Position numbers and translations under genes: made by a program. DNA of 63,090 bases, counting the filler, from Octopus bimaculoides (lineage: Eukaryota): assembly GCF_001194135.2 (NCBI RefSeq). It is 6 parts of 5 records of this genome, joined end to end, with 100 filler letters (N's around TTAATTAATTAA, not from the genome) between each part and the next. Parts side by side here need not be neighbours in the genome. Positions count along the whole stretch, not along the records: positions 22,119 to 30,914 come from NC_068986.1; positions 31,015 to 44,874 come from NC_068985.1; 4 more parts are not named here. The stretch is one strand, 5' to 3'. Below the pieces are notes generated by a model, which saw only the letters and a list, made by a program, of their open reading frames with translations, was not told where the DNA came from and ran no database searches. Positions 24,330 through 37,411 of the stretch are shown piece by piece (position 1 is the stretch's first letter; every line of letters begins with the position of its first letter).

Positions 24330-25385
24330 GTTTTAGTAATTGTTTATTAATTAAATAGATGAATTCTAAGTGCAGTGTGATCAGAAAGAAAATTTAGTTC
24401 AATGGTGAGTAGGGATAGCTAAAAATAGATACCGAGCCTAAGGAAGTATTTATAGGATAAAATTACAATTAAATGGATAAAGGATAAAAATTAAAGAACT
24501 AAAAATTAAAAATCAAAAATTAAAATTAAGAATTAAAACAAAAAAGATTATTGCTGCTAGCTAGCTTCTAAGATACTTATGTTGATACCACTTTTATCTG
24601 GTATGGAATTCTTTCTATGTCCTTGAATGTAGCAAAATGCCACATTTCGTGTCCAAATCCCCACTAGCTGCGCACTTTTGATTCCGCCACTGGTCCCAAT
24701 TCCGGATCCTCCTTGGTTGCAGCCAGCACTGTTGCAACCAACCACTCCGGTTTAATTTCTGGTGGAACTCCGGGAATACGTATTCTCACACTTCTTCCTC
24801 TATAACTTGGTAGTAATGCTATTTTTGTACTTCTTAAAATGTTGGTCGCATGCTTGGTTGCCTCTTCTATAGTGGCGAACCTCACCGCTGATGTACGTGG
24901 CTTCATTCGCAATTTCACCCAGACACTCCTCGATTTCCTCTTCCGTCACCATTTCAGTTTTACAGGTTTTGACAGCCTGTGTACGATACACAACTGTCCT
25001 CAGAATTTTGTCTTCTTTGGTCTCTTTTTTGGGGGTGGGGGGACAATTTGTATGAGTCTCCCTCTACTTCTATCAAATTCCTGCTTCTGCTCAACTCTTC
25101 CATATCCAACTTGATCAACTTGGTTTCCAGCGGCACTGGCTTCTTCGCCGCAGTGGCCCTTGCGTAGCTCTCCATACTGGAGACACTACCACTCGCCATA
25201 GCTGGGGGAAAATGCAGCGGCTCGCGTGAAACGTAACAACAATAATTCCACAAAAATCACAATTATTCACAGAGACAACTTACAGTAATTCACACAGTTT
25301 TCACAAAGTAATACCGCAGTATTCACAATAATTCACGGAGCCGTTATACCGCTAAGCAGTTCGACCGGCGAGCTAAAGTTTCTTA
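24330..25385 (-). mobile_element. LINE (L1/Tx1-like) 5' UTR and frameshifted ORF1, possibly joined to a 3' UTR
   Basis: ATG at 25199: MASGSVSSMESYARATAAKK...; further frames give TEEEIEECLGEIA... and SAVRFATIEEA...VRIRIPGVPPEIKPEWL (RRM-like ORF1 pattern). No ORF2 visible. The left boundary is uncertain. Confidence 0.6.
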
Positions 25386-26286
25386 TTTCTTTATTACCCA
25401 CAAGAGGCTAANNNNNNNNNNNNNNNNNNNNNNNNNNNNNNNNNNNNNNNNNNNNNNNNNNNNNNNNNNNNNNNNNNNNNNNNNNNNNNNNNNNNNNNNN
25501 NNNNNNNNNNNNNNNNNNNNNNNNNNNNNNNNNNNNNNNNNNNNNNNNNNNNNNNNNNNNNNNNNNNNNNNNNNNNNNNNNNNNNNNNNNNNNNNNNNNN
25601 NNNNNNNNNNNNNNNNNNNNNNNNNNNNNNNNNNNNNNNNNNNNNNNNNNNNNNNNNNNNNNNNNNNNNNNNNNNNNNNNNNNNNNNNNNNNNNNNNNNN
25701 NNNNNNNNNNNNNNNNNNNNNNNNNNNNNNNNNNNNNNNNNNNNNNNNNNNNNNNNNNNNNNNNNNNNNNNNNNNNNNNNNNNNNNNNNNNNNNNNNNNN
25801 NNNNNNNNNNNNNNNNNNNNNNNNNNNNNNNNNNNNNNNNNNNNNNNNNNNNNNNNNNNNNNNNNNNNNNNNNNNNNNNNNNNNNNNNNNNNNNNNNNNN
25901 NNNNNNNNNNNNNNNNNNNNNNNNNNNNNNNNNNNNNNNNNNNNNNNNNNNNNNNNNNNNNNNNNNNNNNNNNNNNNNNNNNNNNNNNNNNNNNNNNNNN
26001 NNNNNNNNNNNNNNNNNNNNNNNNNNNNNNNNNNNNNNNNNNNNNNNNNNNNNNNNNNNNNNNNNNNNNNNNNNNNNNNNNNNNNNNNNNNNNNNNNNNN
26101 NNNNNNNNNNNNNNNNNNNNNNNNNNNNNNNNNNNNNNNNNNNNNNNNNNNNNNNNNNNNNNNNNNNNNNNNNNNTTAACGAAAAATACATCTCCCATTG
26201 TTTTTAAGTGCGAAATATTCAAAAACTTTTCTTTTTTTTACTCGGCAAACGATTTTATTCGGCAAACGATGGGGATCTCAGTCATT

Positions 26287-26319
<33 letters not shown>

Positions 26320-26327
26320 TATATATA

Positions 26328-26368
<41 letters not shown>

Positions 26369-27291
26369 TGTTATGTATAAGTATCCTCTTATAATATAAT
26401 TGGGTGTAAATACAATGAACAATAGAAAAGGACACTGGAGGAATAAAGAGTAAGAAATAAGCTTAACATTTTCAATGGAAAGAGAAAATGTATTGACATT
26501 TTGGAGGTTAGCACTTCATTTGAAGAGAAAAGCAGAAGGTGAGAGAGAGAGAACTAGAGAGAGAGAGTGAAGAAAAGTCGGGCGAAAAGTTAGAAACTGT
26601 AGCGTGTTGGTGTATGGTGTGTGTATGTGTGTGTAATCGTAAGGTGGGTAGTACGAAAGCATGCATTCGAGGAGGTGAAAGTGGGTGGGATGCGAGTGTG
26701 AGGGGAGAAGATATTGGTGAAGCAAAAAGCGTGGCAAGAACAATATCCAAGTGGCAGGGTTCATGTGTGACAGGATTGTGTGCAAAATTACGTAGGTATG
26801 TGACATGTTTTCATGGAGCCAATGTAAATTGCCAATAGCATATATATAAAAATACAAAACCGTTAACAAATTTCGAAGAAAACGGTAATTTTTTTTTTTT
26901 AATCTGTGTCATTAATAACAGAAGTATATTGTTAAATCGCTGTTAGCTTTTAACGTATAATAAACAATGAGCTGGACGTTTTGGAACTCAATGAATGGTA
27001 TTTACAAATATTTAACACGAGTTGACCCCGTGCCGTCAAAATTGACGGCTGATTGTAGTATTCTATATATAAATATGGATGGTAAATCCAATTATTACAC
27101 TTGTTAATGTTATCTGGTATTTTGAGATGTGACATTAATCATCGTTTGTTACTGAAAGAACGCTGCTTCACACATACAAACATTCGCATACTTCCCTTGT
27201 ACACGCACACAAATACACACATATTCACACAGAGTTGAAACGCTGTTTGATTTTTCTTTTCAGCGTTGAATGTTCCCCATCCTACTTCCAT

Positions 27292-27322
<31 letters not shown>

Positions 27323-28690
27323 CTCTTTTACATGCACAAACAAATACATACACAGAGTTGGAACGCTCCCACTACCAGTTTGCCATCACCCCTTCCTTTC
27401 TCATTCATATGCTGTGACGGAGAAAAACACAAGAGTATTATTATAGCAGAAGATAGTTTCACTAAACATAAACCATAATCTCTTGTGTAGTGTGTTATAG
27501 AGAAGTGAATAGATATTTTGGTGAGTGGAAGAAAGCCATGTTTTAAGTTTTTTGTGGTGTTTTGTCCTAACATAGATATAGAGTGCGATATTTAAATAAT
27601 AGAAATAAAAACAATGTACTGCACTGTGATGGTTGTAGTCAGCAAAGATATAAATAGAAATATTCAATTAATTTATCCGAATATTAAAACACTTTGTACA
27701 AAAATATGTTGTTTATAATACACAGAAAATACAATTTACAAACTTCCTCTTCGTCATTTGTTTGTATAATCGTTTAAAAATGTACTTTTTAGGTTATCAA
27801 GATGTTATGGTCAAGATGCTGGTGAAGATTAATAAAACTGAGACGGCCGAAGTGTTGTTAAAATTCATAGTCCATGGAAAATGGAAACATATAACAGAAG
27901 AAATATTGTAGTTAACATAACTTTTATTTACCGTTACGAGACAAACAAGTGCTTCGAGTTGTTGACACATAGAGGTCAGTTAGCTCTGGTGTCGCTAGTA
28001 TAGATGTCTTTGGTCATTGTAGTTTACTACTAAATGGTCAAAGGAAAAGGAGAAAGAGAAACTAAGAGAATTCACTTGAGAGGGTAAAAGAGGTATGTTA
28101 CCTCTGTTACAGTCACGGAGTAAAGAGCGGGGGACACATCTTAACTGTCCGACAGCGTCAAAGAAAGAATGGAAGCAAGTTAACTTCTGATACAGGCGCC
28201 GAGCGAAAAAAAAAAAAAAGAATTCTGTTTAGCGTTCGTATGTATAACAATTTCGTAGCTAAACTTGGTCACAGTGACAAGGAAGTTGACAGCTGAAGCT
28301 CATAAATTTCTGATTGCAAAGTCTTGAGAACAAAGGAAAGAAAGTTGCGCCTGGTTCAGAATTCAGGATCTAATTGCTTCAGTACTTCCCACCACCCTGT
28401 GAGCTTGTGATTAAAGGCGAAATGATACGAGAAAATTGTAGAGATGTGCACCATGTGAGGATTGAACAGCGTTCAGAACTGTGGATTGATCTGAGTGCAG
28501 CTACGTATTCCGTATTTTGTAACAATTTCGTAGCAAAACTAAGTCACAGTAACAATGGATATTTCGTGGGTTATCAAAGCTGAACTTGATCCAAAATGGT
28601 TAGGAAGTTGACAGCTAAGTCTCTTAGATCTCTGAGAGCAAATTCTTATGAACAAAGGAAAGATTCTTGCAGAAACATTGAAGCTGTGGT

Positions 28691-28788
28691 CAGGGCCGGC
28701 CCTACGGTTGCTGGTGACCCGGGCAAGCTGAACTTCAGCGTGTACAAGCTGACGGTCATGGAAATTTCTTTGTCACGCCCTCCTTGGC
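28691..28788 (+). mobile_element. Left end of a hAT (Tip100-like) element running into a gap
   Basis: Begins CAGGGCCGGCCCTA, a typical hAT-Tip100 terminus; only one end is visible. Confidence 0.45.
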
Positions 28789-30364
28789 NNNNNNNNNNNN
28801 NNNNNNNNNNNNNNNNNNNNNNNNNNNNNNNNNNNNNNNNNNNNNNNNNNNNNNNNNNNNNNNNNNNNNNNNNNNNNNNNNNNNNNNNNNNNNNNNNNNN
28901 NNNNNNNNNNNNNNNNNNNNNNNNNNNNNNNNNNNNNNNNNNNNNNNNNNNNNNNNNNNNNNNNNNNNNNNNNNNNNNNNNNNNNNNNNNNNNNNNNNNN
29001 NNNNNNNNNNNNNNNNNNNNNNNNNNNNNNNNNNNNNNNNNNNNNNNNNNNNNNNNNNNNNNNNNNNNNNNNNNNNNNNNNNNNNNNNNNNNNNNNNNNN
29101 NNNNNNNNNNNNNNNNNNNNNNNNNNNNNNNNNNNNNNNNNNNNNNNNNNNNNNNNNNNNNNNNNNNNNNNNNNNNNNNNNNNNNNNNNNNNNNNNNNNN
29201 NNNNNNNNNNNNNNNNNNNNNNNNNNNNNNNNNNNNNNNNNNNNNNNNNNNNNNNNNNNNNNNNNNNNNNNNNNNNNNNNNNNNNNNNNNNNNNNNNNNN
29301 NNNNNNNNNNNNNNNNNNNNNNNNNNNNNNNNNNNNNNNNNNNNNNNNNNNNNNNNNNNNNNNNNNNNNNNNNNNNNNNNNNNNNNNNNNNNNNNNNNNN
29401 NNNNNNNNNNNNNNNNNNNNNNNNNNNNNNNNNNNNNNTATATGTTTGTGTGTATATTTGGATGTGTGTGTTTGTTTGTATGAGTGTGTGTTTATATGAG
29501 TGTGTTTGTCCGTAAGTGCGTTTGTAAATGTTTGTACGCATGTTTCCTTATTTGTATGTGTTTGTTTTGAGTATGTTTGTATGGATATTTACTTATGCGT
29601 GTATTTGTATGCATGTGTGTATGTTTGTTTTTGTGTGTGTTTATGTGTGTACATGTGTAATAATTTGTGTGTTTGTGTCATGCTGACACATGACACTAGT
29701 GAATATGGAATTAAAACTCTAAATTTCTACAAGTTCACTTTCATTTTATTTTATTTTATTGTAATGTTTTAAGAGAAACGATGATAAAAATTCGAGACTA
29801 AAACATGCGTAGCTGTGCCTGTATACTTTATGACAACAGTAATTACATAACAATTAGAGTAACTAAATCCGTAATTATCTCATAATTAAAACAAATATGT
29901 CACATAATCTATTAGTTGACAGTACAGTTTTTATAGCTTGGAAATTCCGTTGATAAAATATTGTGATGTAGAATCTGAAAATAAGAAATGGTTCACGAAA
30001 GAGAGGGTGAGAAAAGAGATAGTAAGAGAGGGAGAAAGAAAGGAGAAAATAAATGAGAGATAGGGGGAGAAAGAGGGGGAGAAAGAGATCATTGATAGTA
30101 CATTTCTTTCGTTTTGTGAATGACTAACATTGAATTGTAATGAGACAGTCATTGTCGTCCATCATTATCAATTATCTTCCTCTTCCTATCATATATTTGC
30201 GTTCTTGATCACAATCTCAATCCATTCTGACATCTTTATTTACAAGAACATCGCCCTAAACAAGTATTGAACCCACAAACTCGATTACATTTCTCCAAAC
30301 CACATCTCTCAAATGCCCACCCGTACACACACATACACACTTATGCCAACATTTAAAACCATCG

Positions 30365-30472
30365 GCGGCGGTGGATTTTGCATTTCATCATTTTGGGGTC
30401 GATAAATTAAGTATCAGTGAAACACTGGGGTCGATGTAATAGACTTGTCCCCTCGCCCACAATTTCAGGCCT
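30365..30472 (+). mobile_element. SINE family A, 3' half
   Basis: TTTGCATTTCATCATTTTGGGGTCGATAAATTAAGTATCAGTGAAACACTGGGGTCGATGTAAT. Confidence 0.85.
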
Positions 30473-30730
30473 ATTGTCATCGGAGCATTGGGTTCAATAC
30501 CACCCAACCTGAAAAAAATCTGAAAACCTCAGAAATACTTTACAATCTATTGCAAAATGCGGCATTACTTTGAACTGCCAGCATATTGCGTCAAGTACTG
30601 TCTGTCTGAGGTCCTTGTTGTGACTTGAGACACAGTACAAACCCCCCAGTTACACAATGTTGTCAATCAACAACTTCGCGATATTGTATACTGTGCGACG
30701 TCTATAATAATAATAATAATAATAATAATA
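30473..30730 (+). mobile_element. 3' end of a third R4/Dong-type LINE family with (AAT)n tail
   Basis: IVIGALGSIPPNLKKNLKTSEILYNL-LQNAALL*TASILRQVLSV* then a 3' UTR and (AAT)n. Confidence 0.8.
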
Positions 30731-31121
30731 AAATCGCAGTCAAAAGTGCAAAAGACAAAGAATGAAATGGGGAAATGATGTAAACAAAATAGTAATGGAA
30801 CGCTGGGTGAGAAGTGAACCAAATAAAAGAGGCTTCATATTTCGAGTGAAAAGAATATAGGATGAAAAACGAGATTTTGAAGAATCCGCCCATCGACTCG
30901 GCGGAATTTGAACTNNNNNNNNNNNNNNNNNNNNNNNNNNNNNNNNNNNNNNNNNNNNTTAATTAATTAANNNNNNNNNNNNNNNNNNNNNNNNNNNNNN
31001 NNNNNNNNNNNNNNTATATATATATATATATATATATGCACATATGTGCGTGCGTGCGTGCCTGTCTGTGTGTATGTATGCACATGTGTACTCAGTATAG
31101 CTATCAATAAACACGACATAA

Positions 31122-31232
31122 ATAATACAGTTCTATAATTAAGAGATGAGGAATTATGTACATTATTTACATTATTTACATTTGACGGATATTTGTCCTC
31201 ATCTTTTTGTTAACACAAAATTTCGGCCGACA
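31122..31232 (-). mobile_element. Family H SINE, 3' fragment
   Basis: TTTGACGGATATTTGTCCTCATC...AACAC...TTTCGGCC; shares an extended tail with 33597-33718. Confidence 0.8.
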
Positions 31233-31880
31233 TACATAAATAAGATACTTCATTCTTATGTAACGCAGAAAAGAATGTTGTTTAATATTTCAACTAACAC
31301 TCTACGTGTATTTACAGATCTGTTGAAATCTATAATGAGTTTTCAATAAATATTCCGTGAAAACACTTTTGTACAGATTTGTAGTTGCAATCCTTTTATT
31401 CATGTCGAAACATTTAATAAACAATAACTGAATAATATTTAATACGGATAACCTGAGTGTTAGAGCCAGTTCACTTATTGAATTTTGTATGAGATGTGAA
31501 AAGTTTATAAGAACGAAAATTAATACCAGTAACACACACTTTTACAACTTGAAAAGTTACTATCACTTGTAATTGTGATAATAATGACCCTACCAACAAA
31601 AATAACATCAAACACCTCGATGATAATAATATTCAGCATAATTATTATTCTTAAAAATAATTATATACGACAGAAGCAGTAATAACACGAAAAGGTAACA
31701 TTATCTCCCACTTCAAGTGGATATTCTGTTACGACAAAGAAAATTGTATTGTTTACCATAAGAGGTTCTATCGTGTTAAATAATGCATTATTCAGTGTTC
31801 TAACAATGCATCCGCTTCAAGTAGGAGATAATAATAATTATTGTTACTATTATAATTATTTCTATATAATTATTTCGAAT

Positions 31881-32462
31881 GTGGTGAGCTAGCAGAATCG
31901 TGAGCACGCCGGGAAAAATGCTTTTCATCCTTTCGGGGTCGATAAATTAAGTACTAGTTAAGTACTAGGTTCAAATTTGATGCATTGTGCTTCCAATAGA
32001 AAGGTTATTATTATGATTATTGTAAAGGCGGCGGGCTGATAGCATCGTTAGCACGGAGGACGAAATTCTTAACGATATTTAGTCTGCCGCTACGTTCTGA
32101 GTTCAAATTCCACCGAGGTTGACCTTACTTTTCATCGTTTCGTGGTCGATAAGTTAAGTACCAGTAAAAGACTGGGGTCGATGTAATCAACTAGTCACCT
32201 TCCCCGAAATTACATACCTTGGGCCCAGAGTAGAAAGGACTGTTATAATTATTACTAAGGTGGCGTGCTTGCAGAAACGTTAGCACGCCGGGCGAAATGC
32301 TTAGTGTTATTTCATCCGTCTTACGTTCTGAGTTCAAATTCCACCGATGTCGACTCTGCTTTTCATCCCTTCGGGGTCGATAAATTAAGTACCATTTGCG
32401 TACTGGGATAGATCTAATCGACTGACCCTCACCAAAAAATGTCGGGGCTTGTGCCTAGAATA
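31881..32462 (+). mobile_element. Head-to-tail trimer of SINE family A (31881-31975, 32027-32240, 32259-32462)
   Basis: Three GGCGG/GGTGGCG-type heads, each with the GGTCGATAA core, separated by short ATT-rich linkers. Confidence 0.9.
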
Positions 32463-33596
32463 TAACTGAACCAACTGAGATGTGGAATGTGTCCTTTTTT
32501 CTGGACATCATAAGCAGCAGACAATCCAATCCGGTAGGACAGGACGCTCCTACGTAATGGCCGTAAAATATGGTCGAAGAAAAGTATGCGTTTTCTCTCT
32601 AAGTATTTGGACGTACGGTGTCATCCACATAGATCAACATAGCTCTGTCGATTTCCATCTGAAAAGGAATGCATCTCAAGAGCTTTTACATCACATCCAA
32701 TAGCCATAGATGCCTAACAAGAACTTAAATGTCATGTCTTGTATGAAATCATAAAGCTTATAATGTTCACAATCTAATTTGATCCACACAAAAGCACTTG
32801 TTGCTAAATTCCTTGCAGTAGTCTCATTATCGTTGTCAGATCTTCTGACAAAGAGCGAGCGAGCGAGAGAGAGAGAGAGAGAAACAGGGTTAGATAGATT
32901 GCAATAGAGAAAGAGAGAAAGAAAGAGAAAGTGGAAGTGGAAGAGTGAGAAACTGTGCTCTTTCTAAACATAAATTTCAGCTTTAGAGGTTTCGTCTCCC
33001 ACCACACACACACACACACATATAATCTAACGAAAATGCTTCCGAATAAAAGCATAGATTTGCATGGATGTTCTCTACCAGGGGATCACACTGGTGTATA
33101 AAATATTTAGTTATTATTTAGATTTGTTTTAACTTCGCATGCGTGCCTCTGAACCTGATAAAGCGGTTAACGCTTTCTCTTCCTGACTGGCAAGGGCAGT
33201 CCATTATCTCTGAAAGTGACAATTTGAACATTCAAGTTCAAGAAATAATCGAGCTCCGTTTTCATGGCTAAAACATAGGTATCTTTGTGTTTCTATTATC
33301 TTTGTCTCATCTGATTGATTATTTCCTTCTCATAAATTGCTATCTGCTTTTACTACATTGCCAGAAATCTATCGATTTCTGATCACTTGGAGTAGGCCGC
33401 CAATCGCATCTGCTTTTCAGACTGCTAACCCCATTTACATATTTTATAAACAAAATTTACCTGAAAAGACACTTTCAATTTGAATTACTCCACACAAAGG
33501 AGTTTGTTATATCCAGTTATCACGCTAAATTCTGGAAGCGAGGATATCTGTCATGATCCGAATTCTCTAACCTTACAAATACTAAGCTGTTCGTTC

Positions 33597-33718
33597 TTGA
33601 AGGCTCAAGGGTATAACATACGAAGCGTTGTGTTACCAACAAACAAGATGAGGACAAATATTCGTCAAATGTAAATAATTTACATAATTCCTCATCTCGT
33701 AAATATAGAACTGTATTA
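33597..33718 (+). mobile_element. Family H SINE, 3' fragment with a decayed hammerhead
   Basis: GAAGGCTCAAGGGTATAACATACGAAGCGTTGTGTTACCAACAAACAAGATGAGGACAAATATTCGTCAAATG. Confidence 0.8.
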
Positions 33719-36700
33719 TAATAACATCATATTCATCAGAGTCTCTATCATACACATCCATATATTTTCTTAGCTATTTCACGATGCTTTTAAAACCCAG
33801 ATACAATTGAATACTTTCCCCTTTTCGTAGTCCTTATTAATATTTTATACGCGTTGTTCAGGGAAGTTTAAGTAAACAGTTATCTGCTCACTGTTATCGT
33901 TGTCATTTGAGATATTAAATGGTAATATATAATACATTTTTTGTTCAAAAAACATGAATTGATATATAGGGTATAACCACACAATTATCTATCATAATAT
34001 GAATGAAGTAATCAGAGCGATACAGTGGAATTAATGGATTGATATATTTTCTACTTATAAACTGCTTTATTATGCATTTTGCCTGGTTTGTTAACCGCGT
34101 TTGTTCACAAAGATATCAATTACAACTTTATTATCTCTCCAGAATTACTTCAGGCAATCTAAGTAGAATATTCCAGGTGAAACTTAGGAAGGGCGAATGT
34201 GATTAAATCGCTTATCATTAATTAAACAACGTAGAAATAAAGAAAACACGCCACTCGGTATAGGATATTTAACAGAAAACGCCTTTGATAATTGTTGATT
34301 TCTCTTTTTTGGTTGTTCGAATATTTTTGGCAAATCATCATTTTCGAGAATGGTACATTGCAGAGTTTTCTCTAAATAGAGGAACACTCCTATTTTGTTA
34401 GGAGACTGTATTATTATTACTGGTCTGAATTTATATCTGTATAAATATCAGAATTGAAACATCAGTAGAAAACTTTTCTATCTTTGATCTTTCCGAAAGA
34501 GTGACGAAACAGCAGAAGCTATAATTAAGGACTGATATTAAATACAAAGATTATTCTTGGAATTGATTTTGCTTTTACGATTTGAGGAAGGCCAATATTT
34601 TGAGATAATAGTTAGGTGTTGGAAATGCAATGTAACTGGATTTCCACTGTTATCAACCACACTGGACTTCCTTAACAGCATTTCTATCTTTGATACTACA
34701 TAACGAACTATTTTAAAATATATAAAAGCAGGATGCCGGTGAGATACCATTAAATTATGTTCTAGCTTTGAAAATAAAACACCATTTTTAGATATAATGG
34801 TATGCCAGTGTGAAGTTACATTTCAGGATCTTTCAACAGGAAAGAACGTATTTTCTCTGTGACAAACATTTTAGTCATTGATTAACCACATACTTCATTA
34901 AGTTTGGCGTATAAGTGAGACATTGTCTTCTCACGTTATATATAACATGTCTATCATAAGGGCCTTTCCCTTTAATTCTGAACTAAAAATTATGAAAATT
35001 ATCATTTTGCTCTAAAGTCTAACGATATAATTATGAATTCTCTTTTGCATCTGCTGTTTGCAGCAATAAGCAATGCAGTGTGGATGTAACGGCATGCATT
35101 TGTTGAGTAGATCTCCTCCTCCTCCTCCTCNNNNNNNNNNNNNNNNNNNNNNNNNNNNNNNNNNNNNNNNNNNNNNNNNNNNNNNNNNNNNNNNNNNNNN
35201 NNNNNNNNNNNNNNNNNNNNNNNNNNNNNNNNNNNNNNNNNNNNNNNNNNNNNNNNNNNNNNNNNNNNNNNNNNNNNNNNNNNNNNNNNNNNNNNNNNNN
35301 NNNNNNNNNNNNNNNNNNNNNNNNNNNNNNNNNNNNNNNNNNNNNNNNNNNNNNNNNNNNNNNNNNNNNNNNNNNNNNNNNNNNNNNNNNNNNNNNNNNN
35401 NNNNNNNNNNNNNNNNNNNNNNNNNNNNNNNNNNNNNNNNNNNNNNNNNNNNNNNNNNNNNNNNNNNNNNNNNNNNNNNNNNNNNNNNNNNNNNNNNNNC
35501 TCCTCCTCCTCCTCATCATCATCATCATCATCATCATCATCTTCATCTACATCAGAACAGCCTCTATAGCGTCGTTGTGGTCATAAAATTTGGCATTGTA
35601 TACTTAGATATTGTTTTCGAAAGAAAATAACAGCAGAAGACCAATATTTTCGAATCTGAATTCTCTGAAATGGAATATCGTTGCTTATTAAGGTGAAGCG
35701 ACATTTGCCAAAATCCTGCAAAGTAAAATGCCGATATTTTTGATTCATGTCCTCGTAACATATCCGAGTCAGACGGGGTTTAAAACCAACCGTATCATCC
35801 CTTATACAGGAAGGTAAAAGCAATTTCCCTAGTACAGTGCGTTTTAGCAGACACCTGTTCACAAAATACTATCAATAGCATGGGATCTTTAAAGGAAAGG
35901 GGCGATAAGAGATATCGTTGGTGTAGTTGTCTGTGCAATCTGTGTGAATATACCGGGTTCCGCCGAAAGAAAGAGCAAGTTGAAATGAGATGGCGTTTTG
36001 AATGAGATAATCACCATCACCGTCAACAACACCAACACGATCAACAACACGGATCTGGACATAACCACTGTGACATCTCACAGATCAAACATTAAAAAAA
36101 ATGCCATAAATGACAAACACCATCAGCTACAATAAGTCTATTTATAGCAAAGGAACTTAGGTGCCATATAGAATTTGTTCTCCAGTTCTGCCTCTCACCC
36201 CAAGAGTGCAATAATCACTAAAACAAGGACAGCAAAAAGGACAAACTCCTCGGCAGGAAGAGAACAGCAACGACTGCTTCAATACCAGCAACCTCATCAA
36301 TATCTATTCATCTCTGTGGTGACAGCTATCCAGGGCTTATACCACGCCATTGTGTCACTGAGAACTTCTTTTATGAAAATTATTTTAAATTAAAAAGCAA
36401 TATTTCCTCTATATTTTTATTGCCATCAGGCCCAAATATTCACAAGAGCCGTCAAACTTTCTTTCCGCAATTTCACAAGACAGTCCATCTCCTTTACAGG
36501 AGTCGTTCATAAAACTGAATAAGTCCAGTAAAATTGTTATATATCCGGCTGTGTTGGCCGGGAACGGACATATAGTAAAAGCTCACACATCTGTGTAGAA
36601 AAGTACTTGCTGAAATCATCATATGATATAATTTTTTTTCACGTTTATGTATTTGCTTTTCAAGATAATTGATGTGAAATCGTGTGTTAAAACACATATT

Positions 36701-37214
36701 GTTATGCTGGGAGATGGTCTTTCGGCGATTAAACATACGCAGTATTTGTTTGATCATCATTTTAGCTTAATTCGTATTATTTTTAGTTTATTTGTAAAAG
36801 ATTTTTCGTCACACCTCTTCAGCAAATGTTTGTCTCACAGGCCCCTCTTGTCGTACCTATATCATTTACAAAATGGAATAGACAGGACATGAAGAGACAT
36901 ATGATATGACAGTTCAAAGTAAGAAAACAGACATATGTAGATTAAAAGCGGCATTTTCATGTTCATGTTCCACACATCCTGTAGTAAGGAGTATTTTTTC
37001 AAATAATAAAACAAACCCTACGAAATAAATATGGAATCGGACCGAACGTCCAATTTCGGGTTGAAATGAAACATACTGGAATACAATTCCGGATCAGATA
37101 CAACTTCGGAAAGGACACCGAATGCATCATGTTTTAGATGACAAAAGGGCGAGCTTCAGCGTATTTGGTAGACGTTAATCGCTGGTAGAATTGTTTATAA
37201 TAAATATGAATAAT

Positions 37215-37411
37215 TCTTCATAATATAGGCGCAAAGCCTGAAATTGTGTGGGTGGTAGCTAGTCAATTACTCCGACCCTAGGTTTCAACTGGTACTTATT
37301 TCATCGACCCTGGAAGGATGAAATGCTAATTCTACCTCGGCAGAATTTAAACTCAGATCGTAAAGCGAACGAAATGCCTTTAAGCATTTTGACCGGCGGG
37401 CTAATAATTCT
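37215..37411 (-). mobile_element. SINE family A
   Basis: Plus strand ACTGGTACTTATTTCATCGACCCTGGAAGGATGAAA...CTCGGCAGAATTTAAACTCAGA. Confidence 0.85.

Noticed and set aside
36795-36825. Minus-strand CTGAAGAGGTGTGACGAAA
   Set aside because: Only a 2-bp stem II and no usable stem I; expected by chance.
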